Shown: positions 57,566 through 64,000 of the stretch, one piece after another
Layout: every line of letters starts with the position of its first letter
Numbering within the stretch: position 1 is the stretch's first letter
Source: Candidatus Sumerlaeaceae bacterium
GTDB lineage: Bacteria > Sumerlaeota > Sumerlaeia > Sumerlaeales > Sumerlaeaceae
DNA length: 64,000 nt
NCBI GenBank assembly: GCA_049968255.1
Contig: JBMFRB010000002.1
Span: 384,001-448,000, forward strand
Direction: 5' to 3'
The notes under the pieces: generated by a model
Databases searched by the model: none
Seen by the model: the letters and a program-made list of their open reading frames with translations, nothing else
What the model was told of the DNA's origin: nothing
Position numbers and translations under genes: made by a program

Positions 57566-58375
57566 ATGATGAAGAAGCTCGTGATGATCATGATAGCTTG
57601 TGGCCTTGTGTCTCAGTCACTGGGTAGGCCTCTTATCATTGCACATCGGGGTGCCAGCCGCGAATGTCCAGAAAACACCCTGGCCAGCGTGAAACGCGCT
57701 TGGGAAATCGGCGCAGACGCTGTGGAGATAGATGTTTTCTCCTCAGCTGATGGCCGCGCCATTGTAATCCACGATGCCAACACGTCACGCACGACAGGCA
57801 AAGATTTTCTCGTCACCGCCAGTGCCGCGTCAGTCCTGCGCCAGTTAGATGCCGGAAAGTGGAAAGGCGACCAGTTTGCAGGCGAAAAACTGCCATACCT
57901 TGAAGAAGTTTTAGCAACATTACCGCCAGGGAAAAAGCTATTCATTGAACTGAAAGGTGACGTGTCCACCGCGGCTGCAGTGGTGAATGTTTTGCGGCAA
58001 CACGACGTGACCACAGGAATTGTCGCGATTTCCTTCAGCCTCGAGACGTTGAGCGCGTTCAAAAAACAGCTGCCTCATGTACCTTGTTACTGGCTTCGCT
58101 CAACCATCTTTGATTTGAAGACTCAAAAACCTATGCCTCACGTGGTGTCGTGGCTAGACCAAGTTTCCGCCGCCGGATTGCAAGGAATCGATGTGCATGA
58201 CGCCGGGTTGACCCAAAGCTTCGTGCAAGCGGCCCACAAGCGCGGATTGGAGGTTTACGTTTGGACGGTTAATGCTCCGACTGCGGCACAGAAATTGGCC
58301 GCCATGGGGGTCGATGGCATCACCACCGATGATCCGCGCGAGCTAATTCGCCTTCGCAGTGAGACTAGCCGTTAG
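57566..58375 (+). CDS. Glycerophosphodiester phosphodiesterase (exported)
   Basis: Signal peptide; AHRG, PENT, EID, IHD, WTVN, GVDGITTD. Confidence 0.92.
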   Translation: MMKKLVMIMIACGLVSQSLGRPLIIAHRGASRECPENTLASVKRAWEIGADAVEIDVFSSADGRAIVIHDANTSRTTGKDFLVTASAASVLRQLDAGKWKGDQFAGEKLPYLEEVLATLPPGKKLFIELKGDVSTAAAVVNVLRQHDVTTGIVAISFSLETLSAFKKQLPHVPCYWLRSTIFDLKTQKPMPHVVSWLDQVSAAGLQGIDVHDAGLTQSFVQAAHKRGLEVYVWTVNAPTAAQKLAAMGVDGITTDDPRELIRLRSETSR

Positions 58376-59020
58376 GGCTTTTACTCCAAATTTTTTCCCT
58401 GTCTCACGGCGTTCCAGATCATAGAGGCAACTTCGGAGCCGCTTTGCCGCTTCAACATCCCCAGGCCTTATAAATTTCTTCGCCTCTTCCGCATAGAGCC
58501 TGGCTGAGGAGAGGTCACCCAGGTAAGCTGATGAGAAGTTCGATGCAAGGATGTAGGCGTCGAGCGCTATAAATCGCTGGTTGTTTTCCTCCGCCCACTT
58601 TGCTAATCTCAGCGCAGTGTCGCGCGCACCTTCGAAGTCGCCGCGTGAGGTCTGAAGGTAGATTGCAGTATTTGCGGCAAAGGGCGCGTTTGCTCCTCCA
58701 GCTTCGAGTGCGTCGCGGGCGGCTTCAATTGCCTTTTTGAGATTTCCTCGATGGAAACTTGCCGTTGCAATGCCCATCCACGCTTCGTCATCGATCGGCT
58801 GCTTCTTCAGCGATTTTTTATAAAGAGCGATCGAATAATCCAAGCTGTTTAGGGAAAGTGCGACTGCGGCTCTTTGCTTGAGGCCTTCCGGAGTGGAAGG
58901 ATACCTGAGGGGATCAAAAAGAAATGACGCGCGGGGACTCACACAGCAGCCCGCCAAAAACATCGTGGCCGCAGTGAGCATTTCGAACGCGAACCTTTTT
59001 ACCACTAGACCGTCTCCCAT
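58343..59020 (-). CDS. TPR-repeat lipoprotein
   Basis: Lipobox FLAGC; TPR pattern AWMGIATASFHRGNLKKAIEA. Confidence 0.65.
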   Translation of the reverse strand: MGDGLVVKRFAFEMLTAATMFLAGCCVSPRASFLFDPLRYPSTPEGLKQRAAVALSLNSLDYSIALYKKSLKKQPIDDEAWMGIATASFHRGNLKKAIEAARDALEAGGANAPFAANTAIYLQTSRGDFEGARDTALRLAKWAEENNQRFIALDAYILASNFSSAYLGDLSSARLYAEEAKKFIRPGDVEAAKRLRSCLYDLERRETGKKFGVKALTASLTAKAN

Positions 59021-59042
59021 TCAGCAGCGGATCTCAGATAAG

Positions 59043-60980
59043 CTAACGACGACGTTGAGCGATTTCACCTAAAATTTCTGTAATGAATTCGTTTAGCGAA
59101 CGGCTTCCCAGATCGCCTTTGCCGTGGCGGCGCACGCTCACTTGACCGCACTCTGCCTCTTTTTGACCAACGATTAGCATGTAAGGAATCTTTTTGAGTT
59201 CGGCGTTGCGGATCTTGGCAGCAATTTTTTCCTCACCTAAGTCTAGAGTAGCGCGAATTCCTGATGATTTGAGCTCCTGATGTACTTTCAGGGCATATTC
59301 GCGGGATTTTTCGCTGATAGGTAGAACCGCAACTTGCACCGGAGCAAGCCAGGGTGGGAGGTTTCCTGCCGTATGCTCCAAGAGCACGCCAATGAAGCGC
59401 TCAAGTGAGCCAACAATTGCGCGATGTACCATCACTGGCCGGCATTTCCGCCCATCCGGCCCAATGTAGCTGATGTCAAAACGCTCGGGCATCGAGAAAT
59501 CAACTTGGATTGTTCCACACTGCCACGAACGACGCAGACAATCTTTAACATGAAAATCGATCTTCGGCCCGTAAAACGCTCCATCGCCGGGATTTAGCTT
59601 ATAGTTGATACCGAGCTTCTCGAGAGCGTTCTGCAGCGCTGAGGTGGCATTGTCCCACATTTCATCCGACCCAATGCTTTTCTCCGGTCGGGTGGAGAGT
59701 TCCATGTGATAGTCATCAAAACCGAACACATCGTACACGTGCTGGACGAACTGAATCGTCTCGGTGATCGCATCCTCGAGTTGTTCAGGCGTGGTGAAAA
59801 TGTGTGCGTCGTCTTGCGTGAAGCAGCGAACCCGAAATAACCCGTGCAGCACGCCACTGAGCTCGTGACGATGGACGCGCCCAAATTCCGCCATTTTCAT
59901 AGGCAAGTCGCGGTAGCTGTGCAGCGTAGACTTGTAAATGAGTAAATGCCCTGGGCAGTTCATGGGCTTCACAGCACATGTGCGTTCGTCAATGCTGGTG
60001 AAATACATATTTTCTTTATAGTGATCCCAATGGCCGCTGCGATGCCATAGCTCCTCGTGAAGGATGAGCGGAGTGAGGACTTCGACGTAACCCCGTTTCT
60101 CAAGCTCTTCGCGCAAGAACTTGACGATTTCGTTGAAGAGAATTGTGCCGTTTGGGTGGAAGAAGGGAAATCCCGGGCCTTCTTCCTGGAAAGAGAAGAG
60201 ATCTAGATCTTTCCCGATCCGGCGATGGTCCCGCTTTTTCGCTTCTTCGAGCAGCCGAAGATGTTCGTCCAATTGCTTTTTGTCGGGGAATGAGGTGCCG
60301 TAAATGCGTTGCAGCATTTTGTTACGCGCATCGCCACGCCAATAGGCACCCGCCACGTTCAACAATTTGAAGGCCTTGACGTAGGAGGTGGAAGGCAGAT
60401 GTGGGCCACGGCACAAATCTACAAACTCTCCTTGTTCGTAACAGGAAATCGTTTCGCCGCCTGGCAACTCCTGAATGATTTCGACTTTGTAAGGCTCGCC
60501 CCGCTGACGGAAGAGCTCGATTGCCTCTTCGCGCGATAATTCACGTCGCCGGACTGGCAAGTCCGCTTCCACGATCTTTTTCATTTCCTCTTCGATGCGA
60601 GCTAGCTCATCTTGACCTATCGGCTCCGGAATGTCGAAGTCATAGTAAAAACCGTCCTCCAACGGTGGGCCAATTGTGAGTTTTGCCTCGGGGATAACGC
60701 GCTTCACGGCCTGGGCCATGATATGTGCCGAAGTGTGACGAAAAACCTCACGCCCTTCTTCATCCTGCCATGTCAGTAGCTCCAGAGCGCAATCTTCTTC
60801 GATTGGCTTGCTCAAATCGCACACTCGCCCGTTGACGCGAGCCGCAAGCGCTGCTTTAGCGAGTTTGGGGCCAATGCGTTTGGCCACCTCCGTCACTGTT
60901 ACTCCAGCAGGAACTTCCATTATGTTTCCATCAGGAAACTGGATTTTCACGAGCTTTTTGGATTCGACACTAGTTGACAT
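59043..60980 (-). CDS. thrS: Threonine--tRNA ligase
   Basis: TGS domain, RHTSAH, DLCRGPH, KPMNCP, FTQDDAH, FYGPK, WQCGTIQ; SD AAGGAG. Confidence 0.98.
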   Translation of the reverse strand: MSTSVESKKLVKIQFPDGNIMEVPAGVTVTEVAKRIGPKLAKAALAARVNGRVCDLSKPIEEDCALELLTWQDEEGREVFRHTSAHIMAQAVKRVIPEAKLTIGPPLEDGFYYDFDIPEPIGQDELARIEEEMKKIVEADLPVRRRELSREEAIELFRQRGEPYKVEIIQELPGGETISCYEQGEFVDLCRGPHLPSTSYVKAFKLLNVAGAYWRGDARNKMLQRIYGTSFPDKKQLDEHLRLLEEAKKRDHRRIGKDLDLFSFQEEGPGFPFFHPNGTILFNEIVKFLREELEKRGYVEVLTPLILHEELWHRSGHWDHYKENMYFTSIDERTCAVKPMNCPGHLLIYKSTLHSYRDLPMKMAEFGRVHRHELSGVLHGLFRVRCFTQDDAHIFTTPEQLEDAITETIQFVQHVYDVFGFDDYHMELSTRPEKSIGSDEMWDNATSALQNALEKLGINYKLNPGDGAFYGPKIDFHVKDCLRRSWQCGTIQVDFSMPERFDISYIGPDGRKCRPVMVHRAIVGSLERFIGVLLEHTAGNLPPWLAPVQVAVLPISEKSREYALKVHQELKSSGIRATLDLGEEKIAAKIRNAELKKIPYMLIVGQKEAECGQVSVRRHGKGDLGSRSLNEFITEILGEIAQRRR

Positions 60981-61021
60981 GGTTCTCCTTCTCATCACGC
61001 CGGCTGGCCTGCGTTGCCGCT

Positions 61022-61050
61022 AACATAATCTTTGGTGCTAAGTACTTCAA
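61022..61050 (-). promoter_or_regulatory. Putative sigma70 promoter of thrS
   Basis: Minus strand TTGAAG-N17-TATGTT ending ~40 nt upstream of the ATG. Confidence 0.35.
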
Positions 61051-61175
61051 CCGCCGGCTCAACATTGCGTGCAAGATGTTTTTCGTCGCACAGCTGACAC
61101 GTGGAAGCGTATGGCAAGTTCGAATCAACGGTTTGCTGGTCTGTGCCTAAAGGCTGAGCATATGGACGTGAACAG

Positions 61176-63401
61176 CTACTGACGCTTGATCACCAAAAGC
61201 GGCACGGGCAAGAGTCGTTCGACGCCGCCGAGGTCGCTTGGTAAATTCACGACACCCGGCTTTAGGTCGGGCGAGAGTTGATGCGACGCAGCTCTCACAT
61301 CATTGACAAACATCACCGAAGAGCCGCCACCATCCATGTTCATAGCGTGACGGCAGCCGAGATTCTTCATGAGGATGGCAAGCTCAGCCAAGGTAGCGCC
61401 AACGGAATGCGGTGGTCGCGCGCGGCCATCGACAACAACGAGCAGTACAGTGCCATCCTCCCGAATACCAATCGCCGTGCGGGGGGCCCGTGTTTTGTCC
61501 CAATCGTAAGGGAAACGTGTCGGCGGGACGCCCCGCATTGGCGCCTCGCGCAACGCTTTTGGCAGCGCACTCCTGGGCAATTGGGCTGCTTCCTCAAAAT
61601 CCGGAGCTTCTTTCGTGACGATAGGAGCGAACTCTTCTTTGCTCTCTCCAAGCGGAACGACTTGCCCGTCGCTGACGAGGAGCGGCCCAACAGCAAAAGC
61701 ATGCCGAATGGATACGGGCCTGTTTGTCTCGGGATCGCGCAGTTCCACACTCGCCGCTTGCCTCGGATCAATGCGATGGTCGAAGGCCTCCGAATCACCG
61801 ATCACCCATCCATTTGCGGGAACCTCGGCACACATGTCCTCGAATATCTCGACAATTGCGTTCCCAACAACGACAGCACCAAAATTCAATGGCCCAATTT
61901 TGTTCTCAGGGAACGGACGGTGAGCGCGGTCAAAATACGTCGCCGCCACCGATTCCCCCTCGAAAACCAGAGCAAAGCAATCGAGTTTCAGCCCAAGCGC
62001 TGTTGTGATGATCGGCTTTCCTTCGCTTGTGAGGACAAACGCCGCTCGCCGCAGAGTGCGAATCTGGTGGCAATGAGAATTCTCGACAAGCGCTGCCACG
62101 GGGTCATTCATCGCGCTGTGAAGTGTGACATATTCTTCTGGGAAGTTCAGAAAGAACGTTGAATTCGTTGCACCAACGATAAGCCCATCGAGCTCACGAA
62201 GTTTTCCGGAGTCACTGAGCCGATCAGTTTCATTTACAACTTCGGAAAGGAATGCACAGCCTGCATACGGAACGACCCGGTGAATACGCACCAACGAGCC
62301 ACAAGATGCCGGATCCGAAACCACAAAAGGCGAGCTGGCGTCGTATATGGCTTGTGTTGCCCGCTCTTCATCCCAACTAGACCGCGGGGAATAGCTATTC
62401 TTTTCTTCCGTTTTCCATTTGGAAAATATGTTAGCATTTTCTCCAATGTAGGCATCCACAAACCCTGTTCGGTTTAGCTCAAACAGGTAAAGCCGGTAGT
62501 CTTCCCACGTGAGACCGCTGAGCTCTGGTTGAAAAGTCGCATCTGCCACAAATCGCTGCGTTTCGGTGTCGAACCAGAGAGCTTTGGCGGCAGTCAAAGC
62601 CTCACTCATATAGGCCATCAGGCTGGTGCGTCCAAAAAGTCGCCGCCGAAGCGAAACCCAACGCGAGTGCCACAAGCCTTCGAACTCACCAGGCCATGAC
62701 CGGTCAATTGGATAAAAGGCGACGGGGAATGTTCGCCCACGCTGGGTGCGAAGCGCCCCGGTCGCCCAGAATGTTTGCCAAAATGCATTTGCAATGGCTG
62801 CTTGCGCACGACAATCTCCGCGGTCGCACGCTGTGCCATCTGTACTCAATGCGTGAAGGACAACCGGACGGATATCGAGTTGGGACTTTTCGAGTGCGCT
62901 CGCGGGGATTTCCAGAAGATTGAAAGCCAGACCGCCAGACGCATCTGAATTCGCGAGGATCTCTAACAAAAAGCGACGCCATGCGTCTGCGTTCCTCGTG
63001 TAAGCGAGGCTTCCACTTCGGAAAATTTCATGACTCAATACCCACCGAGTTGGTTTTTCCAAAGAAAGCCCGGGCGGCAGCTCGTTCCCGCTGTCGACCG
63101 ATGCGAGGGTGATTACCAGGCTCTGCAAGTAGAGTGGGTAGAGCCGATAGCGTGCTCGGACCCATTGGACGTCGCTTTCAGCGACGCCAGAGACCACTTC
63201 CATATCAAGCGGCTGATCGCATTGCAGGTCGGCCTCTGCAAGTTTTGCTAGCCAATTCAAAAATGCGACAACGTCTTTCCTCGTGATGGCAGCTTCTGAT
63301 TCAATGGACAAACTTTCGAAGCCGATTAGTGGACTACTGTTTGTTTCTCTTATTCCGGCGATCCATTGACGCGGTGGCAAGTTGGGAGACAACTCAGTCA
63401 T
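61176..63401 (-). CDS. Phosphodiester glycosidase (NAGPA/DUF2233) domain protein with uncharacterised N-terminus
   Basis: C-terminal GPLLV, APRTAIG, VVDGR, GATLAELA, AMNMDGGGSS. Confidence 0.8.
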   Translation of the reverse strand: MTELSPNLPPRQWIAGIRETNSSPLIGFESLSIESEAAITRKDVVAFLNWLAKLAEADLQCDQPLDMEVVSGVAESDVQWVRARYRLYPLYLQSLVITLASVDSGNELPPGLSLEKPTRWVLSHEIFRSGSLAYTRNADAWRRFLLEILANSDASGGLAFNLLEIPASALEKSQLDIRPVVLHALSTDGTACDRGDCRAQAAIANAFWQTFWATGALRTQRGRTFPVAFYPIDRSWPGEFEGLWHSRWVSLRRRLFGRTSLMAYMSEALTAAKALWFDTETQRFVADATFQPELSGLTWEDYRLYLFELNRTGFVDAYIGENANIFSKWKTEEKNSYSPRSSWDEERATQAIYDASSPFVVSDPASCGSLVRIHRVVPYAGCAFLSEVVNETDRLSDSGKLRELDGLIVGATNSTFFLNFPEEYVTLHSAMNDPVAALVENSHCHQIRTLRRAAFVLTSEGKPIITTALGLKLDCFALVFEGESVAATYFDRAHRPFPENKIGPLNFGAVVVGNAIVEIFEDMCAEVPANGWVIGDSEAFDHRIDPRQAASVELRDPETNRPVSIRHAFAVGPLLVSDGQVVPLGESKEEFAPIVTKEAPDFEEAAQLPRSALPKALREAPMRGVPPTRFPYDWDKTRAPRTAIGIREDGTVLLVVVDGRARPPHSVGATLAELAILMKNLGCRHAMNMDGGGSSVMFVNDVRAASHQLSPDLKPGVVNLPSDLGGVERLLPVPLLVIKRQ

Positions 63402-63513
63402 TGCGACGCATGCTTCCTCGGACAGTCTTGAGAGTAACGGTGTCCGCTTCTGAGGTGTGACGAAAATTCGGTCAATCTTTTTTGCTCGTCACCGTCTTCG
63501 ACCCAAGGCTGTG

Positions 63514-63999
63514 TCACAGTCGATTGAGATAAATGCTGTAGATTGTCCGATCCTCCTGCGATTCCTCGTAACCTGAAACGATGAGATCGCCGCGTTTATC
63601 GCCATCAAGATCCTGCACCACGAAGCTAGTAAATGGTCGCGGCGTGTGCAGAACTGCGAATGGCCGACTCGTAAAGCCGCGCATCCCACCGAGATTTTTA
63701 TAGATGGAAATCTCACGAGGCCCCGTCTTCATGACCAAATCGACAGCGCCGTCGCCGTCCATGTCGTGATTGATAAAGACCTGCTGCTGGAACAGTTGAC
63801 GTGCCCCGTAAATTTCATAATTCACGAGCACGCGCTGTTTGAAGCTGAAAACGTCGAGAAACCGATTTCGCTGCTTGTCCCACAAGTAAAAGCGGAGTTC
63901 TCCATCCAGACCATTTTTCAGATAAGCACGTAGCTGGGATTCCATGCTTTGCGGCTGGAAATCCAGGTGGAAAAGGGCTAGATCGAGAGCCCCATCGCC
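63514..63999 (-). CDS. FG-GAP/VCBS repeat protein (5'-partial)
   Basis: GDGALDL (window edge), DMDGDGAVDL and DLDGDKRGDL calcium-blade repeats; frame open to window end. Confidence 0.85.
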   Translation of the reverse strand, partial: GDGALDLALFHLDFQPQSMESQLRAYLKNGLDGELRFYLWDKQRNRFLDVFSFKQRVLVNYEIYGARQLFQQQVFINHDMDGDGAVDLVMKTGPREISIYKNLGGMRGFTSRPFAVLHTPRPFTSFVVQDLDGDKRGDLIVSGYEESQEDRTIYSIYLNRL

Positions 64000-64000
64000 G

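Noticed and set aside
58343-58375. 33-bp convergent overlap of GDPD and the TPR lipoprotein
   Set aside because: Short tail-to-tail overlaps are common in compact genomes.
60981-61175. T-box or tRNA-mimic operator upstream of thrS
   Set aside because: No T-box consensus, terminator or convincing anticodon-like hairpin; a likely promoter leaves only a ~35-nt leader.
63457-63492. Inverted repeat GTGACGA...TCGTCAC
   Set aside because: 7-bp arms with a long loop and a single occurrence; insufficient support.
1-64000. CRISPR arrays, IS elements, prophage or defence genes
   Set aside because: No regularly spaced repeats, transposase, integrase or nuclease ORFs seen; intergenic gaps are all short.

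Overview
Gene-dense bacterial chromosomal window with no transposases, integrases, CRISPR arrays or rRNA seen. The gene content (LptA/LptC-like proteins, type IV pilus parts, a sigma54 activator, many divergent hypothetical proteins) suggests a diderm bacterium from a poorly characterised lineage; this is inference only. In order: partial class II photolyase, M29 aminopeptidase, orphan sugar-binding protein, DUF1015, an ArgRS-like protein lacking the catalytic core, agmatine deiminase, LysE, pilD-HEAT-O-antigen ligase, hisC, a membrane-fused spermidine-synthase-like protein, a dipeptidase, and a complete E. coli-type nuoA-N operon (fused nuoCD). Next come an NtrBC-type two-component pair, an epimerase, lptA/lptC-like genes, pilC and tRNA-Arg(ACG). 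These are followed by an amino-sugar lipid-carrier glycosylation cluster with three GT-C paralogs (one frameshifted), then iorAB-paaK-ACT-paaK, a GDPD, thrS, a phosphodiester glycosidase-domain protein and a partial FG-GAP protein. Most notable: (i) the arn-like cluster (DegT, Gfo/Idh/MocA, GT2, DedA, three GT-C); (ii) an unannotated 20-codon Trp-Trp leader ORF overlapping the RBS of the second aryl-acetate-CoA ligase; (iii) the coreless ArgRS paralog next to aguA.
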